Source: an uncultured Candidatus Saccharibacteria bacterium (lineage in GTDB: Bacteria; Patescibacteriota; Dojkabacteria; B142; JAFGMG01). From it: DNA of 64,000 bases. Positions within the stretch are counted from its first letter, which is position 1, and every line of letters starts with the position of its first letter. The position numbers and the translations under genes are program-made. The notes beneath the pieces are model-generated. The model searched no databases. It saw only the letters and a list, made by a program, of their open reading frames with translations, and was not told the DNA's origin. This document shows, piece after piece, positions 1 through 9,590 of this stretch. Location of the stretch: NCBI GenBank assembly GCA_964391325.1, contig CAYMJM010000001.1, forward strand, positions 1,438 through 65,437, written 5' to 3'.

Positions 1-107
1 GCAAGCATCGTTGAAATCTCTGGACTATTGTCTGAATTGGTGATACATTATTCTTGGATGCGTTATTCATATGAACTTATCCGTTTTTATTTTTTAGTAT
101 TAGCTGT

Positions 108-398
108 ATGGATCCGGTAGAAATTACCCTTGTTGTATTAGGGGTCAGTATTGCTGCCTCTATACTCATTTTAGCTATTCAATTAGCAAGGCTTGCACAG
201 AAATTAATCAATTTAATAAATTTTATTGAAGATACAGCAGAATCAGTTACTGATCTTATAAAGGAACTAAAGGATGATTACAGTGGTATAAAAAGCAAGA
301 TGAACTTTACAACTTTAGGTGCGATAGCTTTTACAGGGGTAGTAAAAGTTGGACGCAGCATCAGAAATTTATTTATTAACGAGGAAAACAATGAGTAG
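108..398 (+). CDS. small membrane protein (single N-terminal TM helix, charged tail); possibly DUF948/YtxG-like
   Basis: 96-aa ORF with a hydrophobic N-terminus (VVLGVSIAASILILAIQL) and a K/E-rich tail; overlaps the next small gene in a stress-protein-like pair. Confidence 0.35.
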   Translation: MDPVEITLVVLGVSIAASILILAIQLARLAQKLINLINFIEDTAESVTDLIKELKDDYSGIKSKMNFTTLGAIAFTGVVKVGRSIRNLFINEENNE

Positions 399-654
399 AC
401 ATAATACAGATTCTCCTTTGTCTTTTATGCTTGGAGCTGTCTTTGGAGCTATGGTCGGAGCAGTTGTCGGAGCATACCTAGTAGATCCTGAAGGCGCTAA
501 GAAAGCTGCCAAAAAGGCTAGGGCTAAAGTCGAGGACGCTGCAGCCAAAGGCAAGGATTTTGTTCAGGAAAAGTATGAGGAGAGCATTAAGCCGAAGGTC
601 GAGGAGGTTAAAGAAAAAGCTGAGGAAAAAGTCAAACAGACACGAGTCAGCTAG
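391..654 (+). CDS. YtxH-like small membrane protein (Gly-rich TM segment followed by K/E/A-rich helix)
   Basis: Internal ATG at 391 preceded by GAGGAAAACA (SD-like); sequence MSRHNTDSPLSFMLGAVFGAMVGAVVGAYL followed by lysine/glutamate-rich tail; the ORF track starts earlier at 349. Confidence 0.45.
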   Translation: MSRHNTDSPLSFMLGAVFGAMVGAVVGAYLVDPEGAKKAAKKARAKVEDAAAKGKDFVQEKYEESIKPKVEEVKEKAEEKVKQTRVS

Positions 655-1366
655 GATAAACGCGGTGAATAAATCCGGCCACTTCATCTGGGAGCTGCTG
701 TATTAAGTAGTGACCTTCATCAGGGTAAGTAACTACTTCAACGCCCTCTATTTGATTTACTGCATTTAGCTGTGCTTTGTAACCGAGTAAATCATCTTGG
801 GATCCTAAGAGTATGAATAAAGGTTTGGTTTGGTCATAGACGGTCAAATTGTTCTTCTGTAAATCTTTAAGCAAGTCTTTTAACCCCAAAAGCCCTTTAA
901 TGTGTTTTAATGTCGAGATTCGAAAAATAGTAGGCGGAATTGGTAGACCTTTCTGCTTGAGAATACTATTGGACTCTTGCGCTTCCTTGTAGCTAACTAC
1001 CAAGTACTTAAATAAGGAGTCTTGGAAGGCTACCGCTGGCGATATGGCTATAGTCGAGTATATCTTGTTCGGGATTGCCTTATGAAGAAGTAAGGACATA
1101 GTGCCTCCTAAAGAGTGTCCTACAAGTAAAAATTTATCTAGCCCTAGTTCTTCTATTGCTTCTAGTATGCAGTTGGTATACGATTTTAATGAGGCCTGCT
1201 TCAAGGCGGGTTTTTCTCCGAAACCAGGATAAAGTATATCAATAACTTTGTAGCTATGCCTTAATTTTTTTAGAAAAGTGTTATAAGAGTTGTGATATAT
1301 CCCTCCTACTCCGGGAAGAAAAAGGATAGGCTTTCCTTCCCCTTGTATTTTTACATCTACTCTCAT
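647..1366 (-). CDS. alpha/beta-fold hydrolase
   Basis: 239 aa; nucleophile elbow GHSLGG, oxyanion region LFLPGVGG, C-terminal PDEGHY (catalytic His region). Confidence 0.7.
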   Translation of the reverse strand: MRVDVKIQGEGKPILFLPGVGGIYHNSYNTFLKKLRHSYKVIDILYPGFGEKPALKQASLKSYTNCILEAIEELGLDKFLLVGHSLGGTMSLLLHKAIPNKIYSTIAISPAVAFQDSLFKYLVVSYKEAQESNSILKQKGLPIPPTIFRISTLKHIKGLLGLKDLLKDLQKNNLTVYDQTKPLFILLGSQDDLLGYKAQLNAVNQIEGVEVVTYPDEGHYLIQQLPDEVAGFIHRVYPS

Positions 1367-1368
1367 GC

Positions 1369-2295
1369 CTATTTTATATATTTGAGTATGGCCATGTAGC
1401 TGGTAATTGTGCCTAGTATCGCGCCAGTTATCAGGAAGGAAATAAAGACTGTGAGAATGTTGATTACATTAAACTGTGGCCAGGCTAGCTGTCCAAACAA
1501 GTTATTCAGGAATACCATGGTGGGAGAAGTCATGGCAGTATAATAAATTACTGCGCCAAATCCTACAAGTAAAATGTTGGATATTAAAGCTCCAGCAATT
1601 CCGTATATCGTTCCTTCCAATATAAAAGGCATGCGTATAAACCATAGGCTTCCCCCGACCAGCTGCATAATTCCTATTTCTTCGGATCGGTTGTAGGTTC
1701 TAAACTCAACAGTAAACAAGGTAAATAGAAAGACCACTATAAGCAGAAGTGTCATGATTACTGCTCCTCCGAGTCTTAGCCAACTAAAGACATCTCTAAT
1801 GTTATTAATGGTGTCCTCGCTGTATCTAACCCTAAAAATATCTTCATTATTTTCCTGCTCGTTGTTGACTAGATTTATGATATCTTCTGCTGTATCAACA
1901 CTATGTAACCTGAGAGCTAGGCTGGCAGGAAGTGTTCTATCTTTGATAGCTTCGGCAGCCAGAGGGTTGACATTTCTTTGAGAATTGTAAAATTCTTCTA
2001 CTGCCTGTTCTTCTGAAGTGTACTCTATATAGTCAATATTAGCTTCTCCTTCCCATCTTGATTTGAGTGCCAGTATATTCTCTTCAGGGATATCTGTTTG
2101 GAAGAAAACGTAAATATGCGGTTTATTTTCAATATATTTCAAAAACAAGTTTGAAGTATATGCAATAGCTCCAAATATTGAAATGACTAGGAAAGCCAAA
2201 GTCATTACTAATATGGATGTCCAGGCAAGCCATCCACTTCTTTTTATCTGCTTTGCAGTCGTTTGCAGAACTCTTTTGCTAGTTACTAATGCCAT
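1369..2295 (-). CDS. ftsX: cell-division ABC transporter permease-like protein FtsX
   Basis: 308 aa; N-terminal TM, large periplasmic loop, three C-terminal TM helices; immediately downstream of and overlapping ftsE. Confidence 0.8.
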   Translation of the reverse strand: MALVTSKRVLQTTAKQIKRSGWLAWTSILVMTLAFLVISIFGAIAYTSNLFLKYIENKPHIYVFFQTDIPEENILALKSRWEGEANIDYIEYTSEEQAVEEFYNSQRNVNPLAAEAIKDRTLPASLALRLHSVDTAEDIINLVNNEQENNEDIFRVRYSEDTINNIRDVFSWLRLGGAVIMTLLLIVVFLFTLFTVEFRTYNRSEEIGIMQLVGGSLWFIRMPFILEGTIYGIAGALISNILLVGFGAVIYYTAMTSPTMVFLNNLFGQLAWPQFNVINILTVFISFLITGAILGTITSYMAILKYIK

Positions 2296-3442
2296 CTTTA
2301 ATTAAATTAAGAACTGAATTAATTTGTTTTAAATCTTTTGGGGACAATTCATCAATTCTGCTCAATTTTTTATATCCAGCTTCTTGCAGCGAGCGAATGT
2401 CGTCATACCCAAAGGCCTTTAAAATACTTATTAACTTAGGGTTGAATCCTACATCTTTGATATCAGTATCTACCGTTACTTTTTTCTCCTTTTCAGTCCG
2501 GTCAATTTTTTGCTGGATTTTTGTCTCGAATTCTTCATTTTTACTTTTTTTCTTCTGCCTTTGTGTAAGACTAATAGCAGGTTCTGGATCAACCGATTGC
2601 TTTTTCTTCTTTGTCGGTTTCTTTTTCTCCTGTTTTATTTCTATTGTTTCAGCTGCTTCTGCGTTGTCGTTGATAGGATCTTCTTTGTCTGTGTTGTCTT
2701 TATGTTCTATAGCCCCTTCCTGCTCTGACTCGGCAATCTTTTTGATGGTTTCAATTTCTGCATGATCTTTGTACTTCCCTTTGATTGCGTCTCTCGTAAT
2801 ACGTCCATTTTCCAATGTTATTACTCTTTTGCCTAAGTTGTCTACTATACCGGAACCATGCGTGGCCATGAGTACAGTTGTTCCCCAATTGTTGATTTTA
2901 GACAATATTTGAACTATGTCCCAAGCTGAGTCTGGGTCCAGATTCCCTGTCGGTTCATCTGCTATTAGAAGTTTGGGATTATTTGATATTGCTCTGGCGA
3001 TTGCAACACGCTGCTTCTCTCCGCCAGAGAGCTGATTGGGGAAAGCGTCGCTTTTATTAGATAATCCTACAATATCCAGTACATAAGGGACGGTTTCCTT
3101 GATGTCGCGTGTGCTTTTGCCTGCAGCCTCCATAGCAAAGGAGACATTTTCAAATGCCGTTTTGTCAGGGACCAGTTTGTAGTCTTGAAATACCACTCCA
3201 ATCTTTCGCCTTAATTCATAGATCTGGCGTCTTTTATAGTTGGTTATTTCCTCGTCATCGAAATAAATTCTGCCTTCAGTTGGTTTTTCCTCTCGTATCA
3301 AATGCCGAATAATGGTAGTTTTCCCTGACCCAGAAGGGCCGATTAGAAAAAGAAATTCACCTTCGTTTATCTCAAAGCTTATACTGTCCAGAGCCAGGTA
3401 GTTATTGGGATATAGTTTTGAAACAGATATAAATTGAATCAC
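2279..3442 (-). CDS. ftsE: cell-division ATP-binding protein FtsE with long C-terminal K/E-rich extension and HhH-like terminal segment
   Basis: Walker A GPSGSGKTT, ABC signature LSGGEKQRVAIARA, Walker B LLIADEPTGNLD, H-loop ATHG; operonic with ftsX; about 160 extra C-terminal residues. Confidence 0.85.
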   Translation of the reverse strand: MIQFISVSKLYPNNYLALDSISFEINEGEFLFLIGPSGSGKTTIIRHLIREEKPTEGRIYFDDEEITNYKRRQIYELRRKIGVVFQDYKLVPDKTAFENVSFAMEAAGKSTRDIKETVPYVLDIVGLSNKSDAFPNQLSGGEKQRVAIARAISNNPKLLIADEPTGNLDPDSAWDIVQILSKINNWGTTVLMATHGSGIVDNLGKRVITLENGRITRDAIKGKYKDHAEIETIKKIAESEQEGAIEHKDNTDKEDPINDNAEAAETIEIKQEKKKPTKKKKQSVDPEPAISLTQRQKKKSKNEEFETKIQQKIDRTEKEKKVTVDTDIKDVGFNPKLISILKAFGYDDIRSLQEAGYKKLSRIDELSPKDLKQINSVLNLIKDGISN

Positions 3443-3569
3443 ACTAGTTTGAAATTAAAAGTTCCATAAACTAGTATAGCGAACAAATTTAATTTGAGCA
3501 ATTTCAGTCAAGTATTTTATGTAAATAGGGTCTTGACTTTAGTATAATAGAGTAATTACAGTTTATATC

Positions 3570-4049
3570 ATGAAAGGAAAATTTGTACTAGTTTTGCTGT
3601 TTGCTATATTATTTATAAATATTGCGGCAGTCTTATTTCAAGAGAGTAAGTCCACGGAGTTCAATACAGGCACCTTAGTTAATGAGATAAATTTGACAGA
3701 ACAGGTTGATACCGAGGAAAAAGAAACTGGCAGTATAGGAGAAAGCGGAGCATTTATACAAAGAGCTGAAGCTGCCGTTGATAATTCAACCGCGCTGGAA
3801 AAGTCTCGGGCTAACCAGTTGCGGATAAACCAGAATCAAAAGTGGACAGCAACTGATTATGACTTGGGTGATATACAAACCAATCCTTATGAAGTACAAT
3901 TGGGAGATACACTCTGGGAAATAGCTGAAGCCTACTACGGCAACGGACAATTATGGACGCAAATTCTGGAATTGAATAGCAGTTCAATTGGATATATAGA
4001 TAATATGCAAGTTAAAATTATCCCAGGGCAGATTCTAGTTTTAGAATAA
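3570..4049 (+). CDS. secreted LysM-domain protein
   Basis: N-terminal signal/TM (VLVLLFAILFINIAAVLF); C-terminal LysM-like block YEVQLGDTLWEIAEAYYGNGQLWTQILELN. Confidence 0.6.
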   Translation: MKGKFVLVLLFAILFINIAAVLFQESKSTEFNTGTLVNEINLTEQVDTEEKETGSIGESGAFIQRAEAAVDNSTALEKSRANQLRINQNQKWTATDYDLGDIQTNPYEVQLGDTLWEIAEAYYGNGQLWTQILELNSSSIGYIDNMQVKIIPGQILVLE

Positions 4050-4246
4050 TTGTTACTTTTTTAGCTATATGAGAAATGTATTTATGGACTTTATGGATTT
4101 TATAATAGGCTGCACAGGAGGATTGGTGGCATTTAGTCTAGGGTGTATTTTTTTGTTTCTCCTATTATTGTGTTGCTGTAGTATGTTAGCCTCTACAAGT
4201 CTATTTACTTAAATTAATCAGGGAAGGATTTCTACTCTAGGGGCAC

Positions 4247-5317
4247 TTATAACTTGATGGTTGCTTCCACAAATTCATGCAGATCTCCATCTAAGACATT
4301 CTCAACTTTATCTGTCTCTACTCCTGTCCTTAAATCTTTGACGAGTTTATATGGATGGAGTACATAATTTCTAATCTGATTTCCCCATCCAGCGATCTTA
4401 TGTTCACCTTTTAACTGGCTTGTTTGAGAAGCTTGTTTTTCCATCTCGATTTGGAATAGCTTTCCTCTTAGGATGTTCATGGCTGCTTCGCGGTTTCGGA
4501 GTTGGCTCCTTTCTGTTGAGCAATGAACCTGAATGCCTGTGGGAATATGTGTCAACCTGACTGCTGTATTAACCTTATTGACATTTTGGCCTCCAGCACC
4601 GCCTGATCGGACTGCGCTAAATTCGATATCTTCAGGTTTCAGGTTGACCTCTAAATCATCTTGAATAATAGGTAATACTTCAACACCTGCGAATGATGTC
4701 TGGCGTAGGCCTTGTGCATTAAAAGGAGAAATTCTCACCAGTCGGTGTGCTCCAGATTCACCTTTTAGATATCCGTAAACGTATCTACCCTCTATTTCCA
4801 TAGAGACAGTAGTTATACCAGTTTCGCTTCCTTTTATGAGATTAGTTATTTCTACTTTCCAGCCTTTTCTCTCAAAAAATTTAAGATACATCCTCATTAG
4901 CATTTCAGTCCAGTCGTTTGCCTCCGTGCCACCTTGGCCGGAATGAATTGACAGAATGGCATTATAGGCATCATACTTCCCATTTAAGTAAGTCTCCAAC
5001 TCAAGCTTGTCAAGTTTTGAAACTGCCAGGTCTCGGGCATCATTTATTTCCTCATTTAGTGCTTGGTTCTCTTCTGCTAGTTCTATGTAGGTAGCTAAAT
5101 CGTTTGTTGCTTCCTGCGCTTCTTTGTATTTGCTTAGGGTTTCTTTTATATCTGCTAATGACTGCATTTGTTCCTGAGCCTTTTGAGGGTCTGTCCAAAA
5201 GTCTTTGGCAAGAGAACGAACTTCTAACTCCTTTTGTTTTTTTTCTAGATCGTGAATCTGTAACTTCTGTCGTAGAGACTCCAATCTCTCTTTTAGCAAT
5301 ATAATTCCTTTCTGCAT
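4247..5317 (-). CDS. prfB: peptide chain release factor 2 (no programmed +1 frameshift)
   Basis: GGQ motif ([25 protein letters not shown]) and RF2-specific SPF motif (RISPFNAQ); preferred start is the ATG at 5317, 4 nt after the upstream gene's stop; the ORF track extends in frame to 5368. Confidence 0.9.
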   Translation of the reverse strand: MQKGIILLKERLESLRQKLQIHDLEKKQKELEVRSLAKDFWTDPQKAQEQMQSLADIKETLSKYKEAQEATNDLATYIELAEENQALNEEINDARDLAVSKLDKLELETYLNGKYDAYNAILSIHSGQGGTEANDWTEMLMRMYLKFFERKGWKVEITNLIKGSETGITTVSMEIEGRYVYGYLKGESGAHRLVRISPFNAQGLRQTSFAGVEVLPIIQDDLEVNLKPEDIEFSAVRSGGAGGQNVNKVNTAVRLTHIPTGIQVHCSTERSQLRNREAAMNILRGKLFQIEMEKQASQTSQLKGEHKIAGWGNQIRNYVLHPYKLVKDLRTGVETDKVENVLDGDLHEFVEATIKL

Positions 5318-5321
5318 GATC

Positions 5322-5870
5322 TTAGCTAGAGTAATTCTTGATTTTGCCCTGGGCGATGTTAATCTCATAGGCTACATCTCTGAGCAAAATAATAGTAAGT
5401 AGAAGGCTTATAGTTACAGAGAATAAAAGCACCCAGGTATATGTTTTACCCATAAGGGTGTTAACGATGATTGTAACATTCGTTAACCATACAAAGAGCA
5501 GCCAAATACTGGCTTTGTTGTAAATTTCGAAGGAGTCTTTGACTAGATCAAACAAACCGTTTATCGCCAAGCGAGTTGCTAACCGTGGATCAATATGACT
5601 ACTGTGGAAAAATACTGCCTTAATTACATAGTAACTGAAGCCCAGCAGCATCAGCAATATCACAAAAAGATCCGAATAAGAAGAGGCAAAAGCCAAATCT
5701 TCTCCTAAAAGGACGGGTCTGGCAGATACGATGGAATTTGGGGTGTTTTCTACTCCCCATTCCAAGTTAAATATATTTAACACCAAGTATAAGCCAATAA
5801 ACTTACCTGCAACCATAAGTGCAGCAGGAAAAAGTGATGCGTCTACGATTTTAACTAAGGTTTTGGACAT
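5322..5870 (-). CDS. integral membrane protein, unknown function
   Basis: 182-aa ORF with about 4-5 predicted TM helices; translationally coupled to prfB. Confidence 0.4.
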   Translation of the reverse strand: MSKTLVKIVDASLFPAALMVAGKFIGLYLVLNIFNLEWGVENTPNSIVSARPVLLGEDLAFASSYSDLFVILLMLLGFSYYVIKAVFFHSSHIDPRLATRLAINGLFDLVKDSFEIYNKASIWLLFVWLTNVTIIVNTLMGKTYTWVLLFSVTISLLLTIILLRDVAYEINIAQGKIKNYSS

Positions 5871-5923
5871 CTTATTTTCAACTCCCTCCCCTACTTTAGC
5901 TTACTTTGAAATTTAGGTCAAAA

Positions 5924-6193
5924 TTATTTTGTTTTTGCCGCGTTGATTTGAGTAGCTAGCTTGGCTTTGAGCCTTGCAGCTTTATTCGGGTGAACAGCAT
6001 TGCTTTTGGAAGCTTTGTCTATTTTTTTATAAGCATTTGGTAGTTCTTGTTCTGCTTTTTTTACTTCTCCGGATTTAAGCAAGTCTGTAATTTTTTTACG
6101 AGCCTCTTTGAAGGCGTTCTTCTTATTTAAGTTTACTTGGTGCTTTCTCCCCGAAACCCTGATAGCTTTTCTAGCTGAACTTGTATTTGCCAT
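5924..6193 (-). CDS. rpsT: 30S ribosomal protein S20
   Basis: 89 aa, MANTSSARKAIRVSGRKHQVNLNKKNAFKEARKKI, typical S20 basic helical protein. Confidence 0.9.
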   Translation of the reverse strand: MANTSSARKAIRVSGRKHQVNLNKKNAFKEARKKITDLLKSGEVKKAEQELPNAYKKIDKASKSNAVHPNKAARLKAKLATQINAAKTK

Positions 6194-6334
6194 TTTATTT
6201 TTTTGAAAATAATATTACTGTTGCGATTTTAGCAAGTTTAACTGATATTCTCAAGCTAAGATATATCCAAATGCTTGGGAAAACGTAATAGTGGTAGGTA
6301 ATAATAGCTGTTTTCAAAAAAATGTGATATAGTT

Positions 6335-7477
6335 TTGTATAAATCTTATGTTTATTTGATGAGCAGTTCCAAAGCAATCACCAAAATAGAAATTACTACC
6401 CTTACTATCATCAAGTCTGTCTGTATACTTGTTGGACTGTATTTTGTGTGGCAGTTGAAGGCTGTTTTCTTTATGTTGTTTTTTGCCTTTATTCTTTATT
6501 CAGCATTCAACCCAGTAGTTAATAAGCTTCAGAAGCGTAATCTACCTAGATGGTTTGCTATCTTTTGTATATATCTGATGCTTTTCATCATTATTTCATT
6601 TATTACCGTTCTAGGTGCGAATGTCCTTATTGGACAGGTACAAGCTCTTTCGAAGGATTTGGATAGTATTATTATTTCATTTTTGCAGGCGTTAGAAAGG
6701 ATTTTCCCGTGGTTACAGAATCAAGTAGATTACAATGACTTTGTCCAGAGTCTTTCAAGCGAAGGGTTTCATAACATACTTTCTTCTAGAAATCTATTTA
6801 GCGCGTTTGGTGTTTTAAGTTCTGTCGGTTCAGTAGCATTGGCTGCCTTCGCTGTAATTATGGTGAGCGTGTACATGTTAGGCCGTAAAGAAAAGTTTTA
6901 CTTAGGTATAATTAAGTATTTCCCTAAAAATCATCATCAGGACTTGGCAAAATTAATGAAGAAAATTGAAGTGGGTTTGGGATCATGGTTTGTTGGGGAG
7001 CTTATTCTGATGCTATCTGTTGGTTTCTTTACTGGAGTAGGTGTAGCATTGCCCGGGTTGTTTTTTGACAGTTATACATTGGATGATTATGCCCTCCCCA
7101 TAGCATTGATAGCTGGGTTGCTGGAAGCCTTACCTAATCTGGGGCCAACTATTACTGTTATAATTTCGGCGATTATTGCTATAGGAAGTGGAGACTTGAC
7201 TACTGCAGAGAGTACCGTTACTACTTTAGCTCAAGCCTCATATGTTAGCGGGTTAGGGCTGTTAATTCAGAATTTAGAAGCTGTGTTTTTGGTCCCGGCA
7301 GTTATGAAGAAGGTTGTCGGTGTCGATCCTATTGTTACCATACTTGCAATAGTTGGAGCTTTAGGTTTGTTTGGGATTATTGGTGCACTTATAATTGTCC
7401 CTATAATAACAACAGTGCAGATAATTATTGATTTTTATAGAGAAAACAATGCTGTCAGGAAGACTTCAGGGACTTGA
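6335..7477 (+). CDS. AI-2E family transporter (PerM/UPF0118-like)
   Basis: 380 aa, 8 predicted TM helices, topology and length typical of the AI-2E family; true start may be an internal Met. Confidence 0.65.
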   Translation: MYKSYVYLMSSSKAITKIEITTLTIIKSVCILVGLYFVWQLKAVFFMLFFAFILYSAFNPVVNKLQKRNLPRWFAIFCIYLMLFIIISFITVLGANVLIGQVQALSKDLDSIIISFLQALERIFPWLQNQVDYNDFVQSLSSEGFHNILSSRNLFSAFGVLSSVGSVALAAFAVIMVSVYMLGRKEKFYLGIIKYFPKNHHQDLAKLMKKIEVGLGSWFVGELILMLSVGFFTGVGVALPGLFFDSYTLDDYALPIALIAGLLEALPNLGPTITVIISAIIAIGSGDLTTAESTVTTLAQASYVSGLGLLIQNLEAVFLVPAVMKKVVGVDPIVTILAIVGALGLFGIIGALIIVPIITTVQIIIDFYRENNAVRKTSGT

Positions 7478-9566
7478 TTAAATCTCTTATTTCAGCGGCT
7501 TTTTCAAACTCTAGCGAATCAGAGTAGATCTGCATTTGTATTTCTAACTCTTTTAGGAAGCTTTGTCTTTCCTTCTTGTTCATCACTTTGTAGCTTTCAG
7601 CCTGTTTAAGTAAACTTAAGCCAGTTTTGTCAAGTGTGTCATCTCTTTCTTGAGCTCTTTCAAGGCTAGTTTTAGCTTCTTTCACTATTGTTGTGGGAGT
7701 AATGTTATGCTCTATATTGTATTTGTGTTGAATATTTCGTCTTTTTCTGGTTTCGTCTATAGCATATTTCATTGATTTAGTTATTCTGTCTGCATACATT
7801 ATGACTCTGCCTTCGCTATGTCGTGCTGCTCTCCCTATTGTTTGTATTAAACTTGTTTCTGATCTTAAGAATCCCTCTTTGTCCGCATCTAATATGGCAA
7901 CTAGGGACACCTCAGGGAGATCCAGTCCCTCTCTAAGTAAGTTTATCCCTACGACCACATCCACATTTCCAAGTCTAAGCTTCTGTAGGATCTCAACTCT
8001 TTCTATGGCATCCAGATCTGAGTGGAGATAGTGAACTTTGATGCCTGCTTCCTGCAAATAGGTTGTCAAATCTTCAGACATCCTTTTTGTGAGCGTGGTA
8101 ACTAGCACTCTTTGACCTTTTCGAACTGTGGAAGTAATTTCATTTATCAGGTTGTCGATCTGGTTTTCATTGTAGTTTCTGCTTTGATAAAAAGGTATGT
8201 CGGTGTACATATTTTTTCTCATGTCTGCTTTCAGGGTAGCTTGCCGCTTAGCCTCGGTTGGCCTGAGGTCTATTTCGGGATCTAAAAGGCCAGTTGGTCT
8301 GATTAACTGTTCTGCTATACCTTTATAGTTTAATAGTTTCTTTTTTGATGCTTCTACTTTGCTAAGGTTTATTTCATATTCAGCAGGTGTTGCGCTAGCA
8401 TAAATTACCTGATTAATTTTTCTGTTAAACTCATCAAATTTCAGGGGTCTATTATCTTTGGCAGACTGCATCCTGAAACCATATTGAACTAGCATATCCT
8501 TTCTCGACTTATCTCCTGCATACATTCCTCTTACTTGGGGAACTGTCATATGGGACTCATCTATAAACAACAGCCAGTCATCTGGCAGATAATCTAGCAA
8601 GGTTGATGGCGGTGAACCCGGAGGCCTGCCTTCAAAATATCTGGAATAATTTTCAATGCCCGAACAATACCCTGTTTCTTCTAACATTTCTAGATCATAT
8701 TCTGTTCTCTGACGCAGACGCTCTGCTTCAAGCAGCTTGTTTTGATCCTTGAAGGATTTTACTTCTGTAGCGAGATCCTCTCTGATTTTGCCAAGAACTG
8801 ATTTTAATTTATCGTAAGGAGTTACGAACTGTTTAGCTGGGAATATTGTAATCTGGTCAAGGTTTTCAATTATCTCACCTGAAATTGGATTGAATACTTT
8901 TATAGCTTCGATTTCATCTCCAAAAAAACCAATTCTAATAGCGGTTTCTTCTGAAGCTATATTTACATCAACCGTATCTCCTCTTACTCTATAATTGCCT
9001 GTAAAAAAATCATACTCACTTCTTTCATATAACATGTCGGTTAAATGAATCAAAAATTTTTCCTGGCTGTATCTTTGCCCTACTGAAATCTCCCTACTTA
9101 ATGATTTGTAATCTTCGGGATCACCTATACCATAAATACAAGAAACTGAAGCGACAATTATTACGTCTTTTCTTGTCAGTAAGGCCTGCATTGCAGCATT
9201 TCTGTACCTTTCGATATTGTCGTTTATAGATGTTTCTTTTTCTATATAGAGATCTCTGTTTGGAATATATGCCTCGGGCTGATAGTAATCGTAGTAAGAA
9301 ATAAAGTACTCAACTGCGTTGTCTGGGAAAAATTCTCGAAACTCGCTGAATAATTGCGCAGCCAGGGTTTTATTATGGGCTAGAACAAGTGTAGTTTTGC
9401 CGGTATTCTGGATTACGTTGGCCATGGTAAAAGTTTTTCCGGAGCCAGTTACCCCAAGTAGAGTCTGGTGCTTCATGTCCTTCTGGAGTCCTGTGGTAAG
9501 AAACTGAATTGCTTTCCCTTGATCTCCGGAAATTGCGTATTTTGTCTTGAGATTAAAAAGAGGCAT
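7455..9566 (-). CDS. uvrB: excinuclease ABC subunit B
   Basis: 703 aa; Walker A GVTGSGKTF, helicase motifs, beta-hairpin region, C-terminal UVR domain. Confidence 0.95.
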   Translation of the reverse strand: MPLFNLKTKYAISGDQGKAIQFLTTGLQKDMKHQTLLGVTGSGKTFTMANVIQNTGKTTLVLAHNKTLAAQLFSEFREFFPDNAVEYFISYYDYYQPEAYIPNRDLYIEKETSINDNIERYRNAAMQALLTRKDVIIVASVSCIYGIGDPEDYKSLSREISVGQRYSQEKFLIHLTDMLYERSEYDFFTGNYRVRGDTVDVNIASEETAIRIGFFGDEIEAIKVFNPISGEIIENLDQITIFPAKQFVTPYDKLKSVLGKIREDLATEVKSFKDQNKLLEAERLRQRTEYDLEMLEETGYCSGIENYSRYFEGRPPGSPPSTLLDYLPDDWLLFIDESHMTVPQVRGMYAGDKSRKDMLVQYGFRMQSAKDNRPLKFDEFNRKINQVIYASATPAEYEINLSKVEASKKKLLNYKGIAEQLIRPTGLLDPEIDLRPTEAKRQATLKADMRKNMYTDIPFYQSRNYNENQIDNLINEITSTVRKGQRVLVTTLTKRMSEDLTTYLQEAGIKVHYLHSDLDAIERVEILQKLRLGNVDVVVGINLLREGLDLPEVSLVAILDADKEGFLRSETSLIQTIGRAARHSEGRVIMYADRITKSMKYAIDETRKRRNIQHKYNIEHNITPTTIVKEAKTSLERAQERDDTLDKTGLSLLKQAESYKVMNKKERQSFLKELEIQMQIYSDSLEFEKAAEIRDLIKSLKSS

Positions 9567-9590
9567 ACCTTAATTTTATCAAATCTGTGG

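Noticed and set aside
6195-6377. 60-aa minus-strand ORF between rpsT and the AI-2E transporter gene
   Set aside because: It is composed almost entirely of AT-rich codons (Ile/Tyr/Lys/Leu), overlaps the likely divergent promoter region, and has no support.
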